From: Candidatus Pyrohabitans jungbluthii
Lineage (GTDB): Archaea > Hydrothermarchaeota > Hydrothermarchaeia > Hydrothermarchaeales > BMS3B
Reading direction: 5' to 3'
Assembly: GCA_002010065.2 (NCBI GenBank)
Contig: MTMD02000002.1
Location: 480,001-544,000 of the forward strand
Length of the DNA stretch: 64,000 nt
The position numbers and the translations under genes are program-made. Shown here piece by piece: positions 40,911 to 50,837 of the stretch. The first letter of the stretch is position 1. Each line of letters begins with the position of its first letter. The notes under the pieces are model-generated. The model searched no databases. It was not told where the DNA came from and saw only the letters and a program-made list of their open reading frames with translations.

Positions 40911-41310
40911 GTCTTCATATAGAAGATAAACTTAAGTCTTTTATTGCGAACATGTTCAAAAATTAAATTTATTTATACAATATTATAAAATTAAATTGAA
41001 AAGTTAGAAATATACCTAACATTTTTCTATAATAATTTGCTAAGATATATAATACTGCCTTTTTCAAAAGTGTTGTAAATGTAAACGTGTGTCAGGCCAC
41101 ATCTTCTTTATCAAGGTGTCTAGCTGCGTCTCTTTCAGGCTATTAAATAAAATTAAATTATAAATAAATTCAACCACTTTTTATAACACTGAGATATAAG
41201 GCTTCTCACTTTGTTTGCGTGCGAAACCATTTTCTGCCTCTCAGGCTATATACTGTCTGGCAGTAGGAGATGCTATGCGCATCTAAGCAACAATCAACCC
41301 TTTACTAGGA

Positions 41311-42600
41311 ATGGAGAGCATGCAGGGGCTTAGGAGAGAGGTAAGCCTGGGAGAGGCTGTGGTGTATGGCGTCGGCATAATTATAGGCGCCGGGATATAC
41401 TCCCTCATAGGCGAAGCTGCGGCAACCACAGGAAATGCGTTGTGGCTTGCATTTCTCATAGCTGCTTTTATAAGCGCCTTCACTGCACTGAGCTACGCCG
41501 AGCTAAGCACCATGTTCCCCAGAAGTGGGGCGGAGTACTTCTATGTTAAAAACGCCTTCAGAAGCGAGGCTCTGGCTTTTATAACCGGCTGGCTCATAAT
41601 ACTCGTGGAGATAATCGCGGGTGCGACGGTGGCTCTGGGCTTTGGGGGTTACCTCCACGAGCTTACCGGCGTGGGGAGGGTGACCTCGGCTTTAATCCTC
41701 CTGGCGGCGCTTGCAGTGGTGAACTACGCCGGCATAAAGCAGAGCGTGCGCCTTAATGTGCTCATGACGTTGGCGGCGGTGCTGGGCTTGCTGATGGTTG
41801 TCTTTATAGGGCTGCCAAGGTTGGGAAGCGTCGATTACCTGGAAGCGAGCTTCGGGGGATGGGGCATACTCACCGCAGTAACTGTTATTTTCTTTGCCTA
41901 CCTGGGCTTTGAGGACCTGGCAAACCTCGCAGAAGAGGTTAAGCAACCCCAGCGTAACCTGCCCAGAGCGATTCTCCTTGCCCTTGCCATAACCACTGTG
42001 CTCTACGTGCTAGTTTCCCTCGTCGTCGTCTCCCTGGCGCCGTGGCAGGAGTTTGCAGCCAGCGAGGCTCCCCTCGCAGTGGTGGCGGCACACGCGGGCT
42101 TGCCCCAGGAGATAATAATCCTCATCGCCCTTTCTGCGACTGCGAGCACAGTGCTCATATTTCAGATAGCCAGCTCCAGAATGCTCTACGGCGTCGCCAG
42201 GGATGGGGCACTTCCCGGCGTTCTCGCGAGGGTGCATCCCAGGAGGTACACCCCCTATGTAGCTATAGCCTTTGCTACTCTCCTCAGCATAGCCTTTGTG
42301 CTACCTGGCGAGATTCGCTTGGTGGCGCTGCTCACCGACTTCTGCGCTTTTGTGATTTTTGCGCTGGTGAACCTCTCGGCGATTGCACTCAGGCTGCGTC
42401 ACCCCGAGCTTGAAAGACCCTTCAGAGCTCCTCTGAATGTGCGTAACATCCCTCTGGTTAGCGTGCTTGGCCTGCTCTCCTGCATGGCGATGCTTCTCAC
42501 CTTCGAGGCGGAGATAATCGCTACCTTTGTAGGCCTCACCTTAGCTGGCTTCGCGGCACATGCACTGCGCAGGCGAAGGGATTATAAGCTCCAAAGCTGA
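41311..42600 (+). CDS. APC family amino acid permease
   Basis: IIGAGIY, YAELSTMFPRSGAEY, FAYLGFE..AEE. Confidence 0.9.
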   Translation: MESMQGLRREVSLGEAVVYGVGIIIGAGIYSLIGEAAATTGNALWLAFLIAAFISAFTALSYAELSTMFPRSGAEYFYVKNAFRSEALAFITGWLIILVEIIAGATVALGFGGYLHELTGVGRVTSALILLAALAVVNYAGIKQSVRLNVLMTLAAVLGLLMVVFIGLPRLGSVDYLEASFGGWGILTAVTVIFFAYLGFEDLANLAEEVKQPQRNLPRAILLALAITTVLYVLVSLVVVSLAPWQEFAASEAPLAVVAAHAGLPQEIIILIALSATASTVLIFQIASSRMLYGVARDGALPGVLARVHPRRYTPYVAIAFATLLSIAFVLPGEIRLVALLTDFCAFVIFALVNLSAIALRLRHPELERPFRAPLNVRNIPLVSVLGLLSCMAMLLTFEAEIIATFVGLTLAGFAAHALRRRRDYKLQS

Positions 42601-42618
42601 GTTTTACCTGGTGATGCC

Positions 42619-42945
42619 ATGTTAATCTCAACCACATGTGAAATCCCGGGGAAGAGGGTTGTAAAAACGCTGGGCGTGGCGATGGGGAATACGGTAAGGG
42701 CGAGGTTCATAGGCAGAGATATAATCGCAGGGATAAGGAACATTATCGGGGGCGAGCTGAAGGAGTACACAAAGATGATGGAAGATGCAAGGGAAGAGGC
42801 GATTAAGAGGATGCTGGAAAATGCGGAGCAGCTTGGTGCAAACGCCGTGGTGAATGTGCGCTTTGTTACGTCGCAGATTGCTCAGGGGGCAGCAGAACTC
42901 CTCGCCTACGGAACCGCTGTAGTGGTGGAAGACGTGGAGGAGTAG
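42619..42945 (+). CDS. YbjQ/UPF0145 family protein
   Basis: IIGGELKEY, LGANAVVNVRF, AYGTAV. Confidence 0.9.
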   Translation: MLISTTCEIPGKRVVKTLGVAMGNTVRARFIGRDIIAGIRNIIGGELKEYTKMMEDAREEAIKRMLENAEQLGANAVVNVRFVTSQIAQGAAELLAYGTAVVVEDVEE

Positions 42946-42976
42946 CTTTTCCATTGTTATTCTAACCAGAGAAGGC

Positions 42977-44233
42977 ATGCGCTTGCTTCTGGTGCACCCG
43001 CACTTCCCCTACCTGGGCAAGGACCTTTTTCCTCTGGGGCTTGGTTACCTCGCGGCGAGCGTTGAAGACATCACCGAGGTAAGGGTTATAGATGAAAGTG
43101 TGGAGAGGGTAACCCCTGAAAAGCTCAGGGAATTTAATCCGGAGTTTGTCGGTATAACCGCAACCACGCCGTCCTTTGCCAGAGCGAAGGAGATAATCTC
43201 GCTGGTCAGGCAGACTTTACCTAAGGCGACGGTTATTATGGGCGGCACCCATGCCACTTTCCGTCCGGAGGAGGCACTCGCAGCGGGGGCAAGCGTTGTG
43301 GTGCGAGGCGAAGGTGAGGAGACGCTTAAGGAAATTCTTCTGGGCAGAGACTGGGGAAAAATAAAGGGTATATCCTACCTCGAAGAGGGTAAGGTAGTTC
43401 ACAATCCGGAGCGGGAGCTGATTCGCGACCTTGATGCTTTGCCCTTCCCCGCGTGGCATTATTTTCCTCTGCACGCATACAGGATAATGAGCCTGGTCTC
43501 CGCGCGAGGTTGCGTCTATCGCTGCGCCTACTGCAGCGCCGCGCAGTTCTGGCACCGCCGGGTACGCTTCCGCTCTCCACGAAATGTCGTTGAAGAGGTG
43601 GAGAAGCTCTATTCGCTGGGCTTTAGAAGGCTGCGCTTTATGGACTCCACCTTCACCCTGGATAAAAAGCGCGCCCTGGAGATTTGCTCCCTCATAGAGG
43701 AGCTTGGTTACAGCGATTTAAGCTGGAGCTGCGAGACTAGGGCAGACCACTTAGACGAGGAGCTCTTAGAGGCGCTGAAGAGTGCGGGCTGCAACTTAAT
43801 CTGCCTGGGCGTGGACTCGGGCTCGCAGGAGGTGCTGGACGCGTGCAGGCGGAGCATAACTGTGGAGCAGGTTAAGCAGGCGATTATGGCTGCAAAGGAG
43901 AAGGGAATTAAAGTTAGAGCCTACGTCACCTTTGGCTTCCCGGGCGAAACCGCGCAGAGTGTGCACGCTACGGTTAAACTGCTGGAGGAGACGAAGCCGG
44001 AGCAGATCCTCCTAAGCCTTGCCACCGCTTACCCGGGCACTGAACTGGAAAAGGGACGGAGCATACAGGTGCATGAGAACTGGGTTAAAAAATTTCACGG
44101 GCATGGGCTGGGGGCAAAGCTGTACTTCCCGGAAACGCTTTCGCGAAAAGAGTACACAAAGCTTGGAGATTATATTTACCGTGAGATTCGCAGGATAAAC
44201 CGCGAGGTGAGGCGGAGCGCTGCGGTTTCGTGA
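42977..44233 (+). CDS. B12-binding radical SAM protein
   Basis: PLGLGYLAA, GGTHAT, RGEGE, RGCVYRCAYC. Confidence 0.9.
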   Translation: MRLLLVHPHFPYLGKDLFPLGLGYLAASVEDITEVRVIDESVERVTPEKLREFNPEFVGITATTPSFARAKEIISLVRQTLPKATVIMGGTHATFRPEEALAAGASVVVRGEGEETLKEILLGRDWGKIKGISYLEEGKVVHNPERELIRDLDALPFPAWHYFPLHAYRIMSLVSARGCVYRCAYCSAAQFWHRRVRFRSPRNVVEEVEKLYSLGFRRLRFMDSTFTLDKKRALEICSLIEELGYSDLSWSCETRADHLDEELLEALKSAGCNLICLGVDSGSQEVLDACRRSITVEQVKQAIMAAKEKGIKVRAYVTFGFPGETAQSVHATVKLLEETKPEQILLSLATAYPGTELEKGRSIQVHENWVKKFHGHGLGAKLYFPETLSRKEYTKLGDYIYREIRRINREVRRSAAVS

Positions 44234-44276
44234 GTTTAAAATCCCCCCTGTGTCGTTAATCTGCCAGCTTAATTAT

Positions 44277-44474
44277 ATGCGAAGGCGGGACAAAGAGGTG
44301 CGCTGCCCTGCCTGTGGACACCCTCGCGAAGAGGCAAGCGTGGTGGGAAAGACCTCCACGATTAAGCGAGGGGTGAAGACGGTGTATGAGGTGCTCCGCT
44401 GCAGGTGTGGCAAGATATACCGCGGTGAGATAATTGAAAAGAGGGAGCTTCCAAAGCGGGTTACAGGCGGGTAA
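44277..44474 (+). CDS. Small basic zinc-finger protein
   Basis: CPACGH...CRCGK. Confidence 0.5.
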   Translation: MRRRDKEVRCPACGHPREEASVVGKTSTIKRGVKTVYEVLRCRCGKIYRGEIIEKRELPKRVTGG

Positions 44475-44524
44475 GTGCACTATGCTAACCCTGCAGAAAG
44501 GCAGGAGGAGAAAGATACCAAGGG

Positions 44525-45970
44525 TTAGTTTGGGCTCTTTTTGGTTATAAACTCCACTACCCGCTTCGCAGCCTCTTTCGCTTGACGCACGCAGTCGTTT
44601 ATTCCAACGCCGCGATAGGCGTTGCCCGTGAGCACCACACCAGGAAAATCGCGCAGCCTTGCCTCAATGCGCTCAAGGCGAGCTGCGTGTCCTACCAGGT
44701 ACTGAGGAATTGCCCGCTGATGGCGGTATATCCGCACCATCTCAGGCTCGGCGTCTATGCCCATGGTATCGCGAAGGTCTCGCCTGCACGCCTCGATGAG
44801 TTCCTCGTCGCTGAGCAGCGCCTTCTCCTCGGCGCGAGCGCCGCCCACCATCATGCGCAACAGCGCCTTGCCCTCAGGCGCACGGTGGTCGAACATGCTG
44901 GAATCCCACAGACAACCGAGTATGGTCTTGCCCTCCTCGTGGGGCACAAGGAATCCAAAGCCATTGAGGTCGTGCTTAATCTCGCTGCGCTCGTAGCCAA
45001 AGGCCACGACGGCGAGCTTTGTGTATGGAATACCACGTAGCTCCTCCGCAACTTTTGCGTCCAGGCTCTCAAGCATGGATGCGGCGGCATAGGCTGGAGC
45101 TGCCACAACCACGGCATCGCATGCTACACTTCCCCTCTTAGCGAGGTGCACTACGTAGCCGTCTTCTGAGCGCTCTATGCTCGCTGCCTCCTTACCCAGG
45201 AGGAGCTTATCCTCCAAGCGAGAGGCGAGGGTCTGGGTCAAGTACTCTATGCCCTCAGGGAATGAGGTGAGCACACCTCCGGGACCAGCGGCGCTTCCTG
45301 GCTTGTAGACCCGCTTTCCCTGCTTCTCGAGCTCAGCCAGCTTCTTCTTCATCTCCTTTGCCTTCTTCATGCGCTTGAGTGCAGCGCGCATCAGGCTTCC
45401 GTTGCCCTCCTTCTCAAGCGCAGCCATCACAGGGAAGGCGCTCTTCAGGCTCATTTTATATGGGTCGCCAGCGAAGACGCCGCTCACCATCGGCGCAACC
45501 AGCTTGCGCAGCGCTTCCTCGCCCAGGTGGCGCCTGACAAAGCTTGCAATGGTCTCATCCTCCTCCTTCGCTGGCTTTGTAAAGGGCTCAAGCGCCATGC
45601 GGAGCTTCCCCTTCCAGGAAAGTATGTCGGAGAAGAGGAAGCCCACAGCGCTCGCTGGTAGCTCACGCAGCCTGCCATCAAGGTATATGAAGCGTCTGCG
45701 CGCAATATCCTTGCTGGGCATTAAGCGAGAGCTTATCCCCAGGTCATCGCACAGCTCCAGAGTCCAGGGCTTGTTGTCCAGAAAGCCGTTGCTCCCGGCT
45801 TCTATCACATACCCCTTATAATGCTCACTCCTTATCTTCCCACCAGTGCGATTGGAAGCCTCCAGAAGGGTTACATCAACCTCTTCCCCAGCCTCTTGAG
45901 CGAACTTCCTAACATAAAAGGCGGCAGTTAAGCCTGATATTCCTGCGCCTATTACTGCAACGCTTTTCAT
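44525..45970 (-). CDS. hemY: Proto/coproporphyrinogen oxidase (HemY-type)
   Basis: GAGISGL, GFGFLVP, AIPQYLVGH, GNAYRGVGINDC. Confidence 0.92.
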   Translation of the reverse strand: MKSVAVIGAGISGLTAAFYVRKFAQEAGEEVDVTLLEASNRTGGKIRSEHYKGYVIEAGSNGFLDNKPWTLELCDDLGISSRLMPSKDIARRRFIYLDGRLRELPASAVGFLFSDILSWKGKLRMALEPFTKPAKEEDETIASFVRRHLGEEALRKLVAPMVSGVFAGDPYKMSLKSAFPVMAALEKEGNGSLMRAALKRMKKAKEMKKKLAELEKQGKRVYKPGSAAGPGGVLTSFPEGIEYLTQTLASRLEDKLLLGKEAASIERSEDGYVVHLAKRGSVACDAVVVAAPAYAAASMLESLDAKVAEELRGIPYTKLAVVAFGYERSEIKHDLNGFGFLVPHEEGKTILGCLWDSSMFDHRAPEGKALLRMMVGGARAEEKALLSDEELIEACRRDLRDTMGIDAEPEMVRIYRHQRAIPQYLVGHAARLERIEARLRDFPGVVLTGNAYRGVGINDCVRQAKEAAKRVVEFITKKSPN

Positions 45971-46099
45971 AAACTCACCTACTTTATTTTTCTTTAACTA
46001 TTTAAAAAGTCTTACCATAAAGGTTGTTCGGCTTGGGGGTGAACAAAATCATAAATTTTTTCAAATCTTTATATTCAGATATGACAGCAGGGAGGTGAC

Positions 46100-46225
46100 A
46101 TGAAGAAGGCGGAGGAAACTCCTCAAGCCACAGGCGCACAGCCCAAGGAAGCATGCGGCCCAACTGCTCTGCTCCTGCTTGTGCTACTTCCCCTAATTCC
46201 CAGGCTCAGGAGGGTGGTAGGATGA
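46100..46225 (+). CDS. 41-aa peptide consisting essentially of a CGP-CTERM-like sorting signal; not in ORF track
   Basis: GGAGGTGA RBS; MKKAEETPQATGAQPKEACGPTALLLLVLLPLIPRLRRVVG. Confidence 0.55.
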   Translation: MKKAEETPQATGAQPKEACGPTALLLLVLLPLIPRLRRVVG

Positions 46226-46265
46226 AGTATGAAATAGGCCCGTAACCCCCAGCTGAGCTAGGGGA

Positions 46266-47204
46266 TTAATGTCTGGTCACCAGCTCAGCCAGCGCTTCTA
46301 TGAACTTTGGCGATGTGTTAAGGGACTCACTCCTTCTGAAGTGCTCTATCCCCAGCTTCCTCGCAAGGGCAGAGTACTGGAAGTCTATCTCATAAAGCGT
46401 CTCTATGTGGTCTGAGACGAAGCTCACGGGCACAATCAAAACGCTTTTTTTGCCCTCTTTTGCCAGCTGACGAAGTACCTCCTCTACGCTTGGGGAGAGC
46501 CACTTTCCGAAGCGAAGACCGCTCTGATACGCTAAGCGATAGCTCTCCAGCTTGGCTCGCTCAGCAACGCCCTCGCAGGTGGCCAGCACCTGCTCCTCAT
46601 ACGCATCTCGCTTGGCCATGCTCTCTGGCAGAGAGTGAGCCGAGAATATAACCTCCACCTCCTCGCCCCGCGGAAACCTTTCAATGGCTGCAGTCACCTT
46701 CTCCGCCAAGGCGTCGAGGTAGGGCGGAAAATCTCCCCATCTCTCAATATAGCTCACCTCAAGCTCTGCATTTAGCTCGGCGATGGCGCGCTCCATCTCT
46801 TTTATGCACGTGCCCGTCGTTGCGCCAGCGTAGTGGGGGTATAAGCTCAGCCCTACCACATCCCGTATCCCGGCTTTAAGCACATTCTCAATAGCTTCGC
46901 TGATGAAAGGCTTGGTATAGCGCATGCCCAGAAAAACCTCATAGCTTGAGCCAAGCCTTTTCTTGAGCGCTGAAGCCTGGGCTTGAGTAATCGCTGGCAG
47001 AGGTGAGCACCCGCCTATTAAAGCGTAGCGCTTTTTCACCTTCGGCGCGCGCAGGGTGGAGATTAACCAAGCAAGGGGCTTCTGGAGGGGCTTTGGGAAG
47101 GGCACAACCTCCGGGTCTGAGAAAAGGTTGTAGAGGAATGGCTTAACCGCCTCCAGCGAGTCGGGTCCACCCATGTAGAGAAGCACCACTGCCTTCTTGT
47201 ACAT
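46266..47204 (-). CDS. hemH: Ferrochelatase
   Basis: MGGP, YPHY, FSAHSLP, FVSDHIETLYEID. Confidence 0.93.
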   Translation of the reverse strand: MYKKAVVLLYMGGPDSLEAVKPFLYNLFSDPEVVPFPKPLQKPLAWLISTLRAPKVKKRYALIGGCSPLPAITQAQASALKKRLGSSYEVFLGMRYTKPFISEAIENVLKAGIRDVVGLSLYPHYAGATTGTCIKEMERAIAELNAELEVSYIERWGDFPPYLDALAEKVTAAIERFPRGEEVEVIFSAHSLPESMAKRDAYEEQVLATCEGVAERAKLESYRLAYQSGLRFGKWLSPSVEEVLRQLAKEGKKSVLIVPVSFVSDHIETLYEIDFQYSALARKLGIEHFRRSESLNTSPKFIEALAELVTRH

Positions 47205-47234
47205 GGGTAAAACTCGCTCTACGGTAATAAAAAG

Positions 47235-47963
47235 TTACGGCAGGGGCGTAAGTATATACCCCTCGGCTACGCTACCAATTACAGCGCAGCTTCCGTGATG
47301 CCAGCAGTAACTCGCCACGTATGCGCAGGTTACGGCGTCGAGGAGATCCTCGTAGCGCTTAAGCGCTTTACCGCGCAACTTATCCACCTTTACCCCGAGA
47401 ATCTCCTCAGGTATATGCAGCGGCGGCTTGGCTTTGGCTAAAGAGCTGAGAAGCTCCTGATATCGCCTGAACTCGCGATAGCGCTGCTCGTAGCTTCTCC
47501 CTGGGCGAGCCTTGTACTTCAGGGTCTTATCCAAGCCAAAGATTGCCACCATCGCAGAGTGGGGAAAAACCTCGGCAAAAGCTCTCCCCACCAACGGCGC
47601 GGCAAGCTTGGGATTGTTCACGAAGCCAGCGTTTTCCAGAAGCTTTGCAAGCCTCTCACCACGAATCTCGCCGTAGCGCTCAAGCAGTCGACGATTGACA
47701 GGATAAACCCCTGCTTCGTAGCGCCTGAATAGCTTGGCTATGCGGCGATCGCATTCTCTGCTCCCGCTGGGGTTGGGCACCACCAGCGGAGCATCTATGG
47801 CGACAAAAACCGGAGCCTCGCCTACCGCAGAGAGGATGTAGGAGGTGATTTCCTCGACGCTGCGAAGCTCCTGCTCCCACCTCACAAGTTCACCGCCGCA
47901 GGCTATGGCCACCGCCGTAGTATTGCGGGGCGACCAAGCTAAATCAACGCCCACGAAGAACAT
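47235..47963 (-). CDS. DUF429 family predicted nuclease (RNase H fold)
   Basis: GVDLAW, AIDAPL, EVFPH, EDLLDAVTCA. Confidence 0.82.
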   Translation of the reverse strand: MFFVGVDLAWSPRNTTAVAIACGGELVRWEQELRSVEEITSYILSAVGEAPVFVAIDAPLVVPNPSGSRECDRRIAKLFRRYEAGVYPVNRRLLERYGEIRGERLAKLLENAGFVNNPKLAAPLVGRAFAEVFPHSAMVAIFGLDKTLKYKARPGRSYEQRYREFRRYQELLSSLAKAKPPLHIPEEILGVKVDKLRGKALKRYEDLLDAVTCAYVASYCWHHGSCAVIGSVAEGYILTPLP

Positions 47964-47993
47964 GGGTATAAATAGCAGGGGAGCAAATATAAA

Positions 47994-48695
47994 GTGATGC
48001 GCACCGCTGAGGTTGAGGCGAAGCTTGCAACACTTGAGAAAACACTCAATGAAGCTGAGTTCTGGAGGCTGGTCTCCAGGGTAAAGCGCAGCAGACCTCT
48101 CGCAGAGAAATATGCAGAGCGCATCGCACGCATAGATGCTGATATATTCATGCGACGCGCCAAGCTCAGGGTAGGCATAGCTACAGGAAGCGCTGCAATG
48201 CTCCTCTTAGCTGCGATTGCTGCGCTTCTCCTACTTTTCGCCCCTTCTCTAGGAGCTAACCTCCATGGCTTAATCATACTCCTCGCCACATTCCTGCTTA
48301 TGACTGCACTTCACCCCCTTGCCCACCTCGCCGCTGGAAGAGCGCTGGGGATTCGCTTCCTATTCTACTTCCCTAACGGACCAGCGAAGATAGAGCCCAC
48401 GCTTAAGGTAGACTACGCAAGCTACCTCAGAGCATCGCCTCAAGCGAGGGCAGCCATGCACCTCGCCGGCATAGGTGCAAGCATCCTTGCTACGCTCGTG
48501 GGTTTCCTCGCCGCGTATAGCACGCAGGCGCCAAGCTTCGCTACCATCACCTTAGCGGCGCTGCTCCTCCTCAACACCCTCTTTGAATTTTCGCCATCGT
48601 TGCTCGTGAAGCTGGGCTTCAAGATATTCAGGAAATCCGACGCCTACCGCGCCTTTCGAGAGCTCAGGCTGAGAAAGGAGCAGAGCCGCGCATGA
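47994..48695 (+). CDS. Membrane protein of unknown function
   Basis: HPLAH, multiple TM helices, SDA near the C-terminus. Confidence 0.6.
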   Translation: MMRTAEVEAKLATLEKTLNEAEFWRLVSRVKRSRPLAEKYAERIARIDADIFMRRAKLRVGIATGSAAMLLLAAIAALLLLFAPSLGANLHGLIILLATFLLMTALHPLAHLAAGRALGIRFLFYFPNGPAKIEPTLKVDYASYLRASPQARAAMHLAGIGASILATLVGFLAAYSTQAPSFATITLAALLLLNTLFEFSPSLLVKLGFKIFRKSDAYRAFRELRLRKEQSRA

Positions 48696-48883
48696 TGCAC
48701 CCGATACCTGTAGCTACCCAGGCGATGAGAGGTTTTGGATTGGATGAAAATTTAAATAAATAAAAATATTTTCAAATAACATAATACAGTTAACATAGAT
48801 ATACACTAATACGCTATAACGAATTGAATAGAAGCACCTTTGCAAAAGGGCCGAGAAGATAGATATTGAAGAGGGATGAAATT

Positions 48884-50833
48884 ATGGATATAGGAGAGTC
48901 AAAAATTGCAGTTTGTGCAGCAATATTGCTCCTGCTCATGCCTCAAGTCTTTGCTGTGAGCTTTGATGAGATACGCAGCGCAGGCGAGAAGTACTCTAAG
49001 GGCGAGGCTATTATGGTGGACGGCCCCTTCTACGTTGAGGGCAAGCCCTACTACGTTGTTGAGTACATGTTTCAGCGGGAGAGGCGAGCGGCACTAGTTT
49101 ATGACCCCTCGACGGGGGACTTTGTAAAAGACCGCGAAACCATGCGGCGCGTCTTCGCCACCAAGGATTTAAAGTTATTAACGCTCATGGACCCGCTTTT
49201 TTACGCTATTGGAAACAGCTCAAAGATTCCACTTGCTGCCAAGTACGAAACCCAGAACGTGAGAAATTTTGCCTCCTTTTCAAGCATAACTCCCGAGGAG
49301 AGGGTGCTCCTTGAGAGGTTTCTCAGCGCCTATGAGCGTGTGATGGAGGACGTTAAGGAGGTCACAGAGCTTACAAATCAGATGCTTTACCCGGGCGATG
49401 CCTATCACTTCGAGTTCTCCCGCAGGGAGCCCAACATCGTGATTGAGGTTTACAACACCTCAGCGGAAGGCAACTACTCCTATGAGGGTTTCCAGAGGCT
49501 CATAGAAGCCTACGAAAGACTTTATGAAGACTACCTTGCCATGGCAGTGGCACTTAACCATTTTGCAGGCGGACTGGAAGACTACCCTCCAGGGGCGACG
49601 ATACGCGAAAAGTGGGGGGTAATTATTACAAGGGAGGATATAATTGAGGAAATCAGACTGATTAAGAAGAATGCGGATCACATACAGGCTGAAATTGAGC
49701 TGAGAAGGGGCATCCTTGAGTACGACTATGCAGACCTGATCTCCAAAGCATACGAGAGACTGGGCGTTGGCGAGAAAGAGGCTCCCAGAAAAGCTGTGTG
49801 TGGCCCCACTTTCATCTCCCTTTTACCTCTCCTTGCCCTAGCTCTTCGAAAGAGTAATGCAAGGCGCACTGCATTGGTTCTCCTCATTCTTCTGACGCTT
49901 ATCTCGGGCTATGCAGGTGCCTTTGAAGTTCCCTCTGCAGAGGAGCTCATATCCCAGAAGATTTCGCTGGAAGAAGTGAAGAATGTTTCGATCAAGATTG
50001 AGGCGCGCGGCATAACAGAAGCCGAAGCACGGGAGATTCTAGCAGGCTATCCGCTACTTCTCCGCGGGGAGAGCGTTGTGGTTAAAGGTCCCTTCTATGA
50101 AGGCGGCGTGCCCAACTATCTCTTCGAAATTTACCGCGGCGATGCTCCTACTGGCTACGCATTTATGGTTAACTGGGAAACAAAGCTTCTGGTAAGCAGC
50201 CAGCGCGACGCTTACCGTTTGCAGAAGGCGCATTTCCTTGCAGACCTGGTTAGGAGGCACCCTCTCTATGCGCAGGCAAACGCAGAAGCGATAGAAAGCG
50301 CTGCGCACAACGCAACTCTACCGCCTCTTGAGATTTTCCTCATGAATCTCTCTGAGAACATCAAGCTCGGAAAGAAGCTGGAAGAGGAGCTAATAAGGGA
50401 GCCGAGTTTTGACAAGGTGGTCAACCTTACTCAGGTCTACCTCCAGGGCTTCATTCTCATACACAACATAGAAGCCTTAACTTCGCCAGAAGAGGCATTA
50501 AACCTCACCTCAGGCTTCTCAGCAAATAAGCTTTACCTTGAAGCTTATGCGAGGGCTATGCGCGGTTTAAGCGCTGACGAGTACTTTGAGGCAAGGAGGG
50601 CGATGTACAGAGGGAGAACTCTAAACAGGATACCGCTGATGTATAAGCTTAGCGCCCTCGGCTTAAGGCCGTCGAAGGCGCAGGTGGTGCACGACCTTAC
50701 CAGCGACCTCATTTATGACAACATCTTTTTGTGGCGTCTTGGCAAAAAGGTAGACCCACGGCTATTTGCCAGACTTGCCTATAAAGAAGGCACTGCTTCA
50801 CTCCCCTCGGTGCTGGAGGAGGAGAGGGGGTGA
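48884..50833 (+). CDS. Secreted two-domain protein with internal CGP-CTERM-like signal and second signal peptide
   Basis: N-terminal signal (..PQVFA); two related GPFY domains; CGP-TM-basic-TM-AGA at 49799-49921. Confidence 0.65.
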   Translation: MDIGESKIAVCAAILLLLMPQVFAVSFDEIRSAGEKYSKGEAIMVDGPFYVEGKPYYVVEYMFQRERRAALVYDPSTGDFVKDRETMRRVFATKDLKLLTLMDPLFYAIGNSSKIPLAAKYETQNVRNFASFSSITPEERVLLERFLSAYERVMEDVKEVTELTNQMLYPGDAYHFEFSRREPNIVIEVYNTSAEGNYSYEGFQRLIEAYERLYEDYLAMAVALNHFAGGLEDYPPGATIREKWGVIITREDIIEEIRLIKKNADHIQAEIELRRGILEYDYADLISKAYERLGVGEKEAPRKAVCGPTFISLLPLLALALRKSNARRTALVLLILLTLISGYAGAFEVPSAEELISQKISLEEVKNVSIKIEARGITEAEAREILAGYPLLLRGESVVVKGPFYEGGVPNYLFEIYRGDAPTGYAFMVNWETKLLVSSQRDAYRLQKAHFLADLVRRHPLYAQANAEAIESAAHNATLPPLEIFLMNLSENIKLGKKLEEELIREPSFDKVVNLTQVYLQGFILIHNIEALTSPEEALNLTSGFSANKLYLEAYARAMRGLSADEYFEARRAMYRGRTLNRIPLMYKLSALGLRPSKAQVVHDLTSDLIYDNIFLWRLGKKVDPRLFARLAYKEGTASLPSVLEEERG

Positions 50834-50837
50834 AACC

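Noticed and set aside
42977-44474. B12 radical SAM plus small peptide as a RiPP cluster
   Set aside because: The small ORF looks like a zinc finger, and there is no SPASM/RRE domain, peptidase or exporter to support it.
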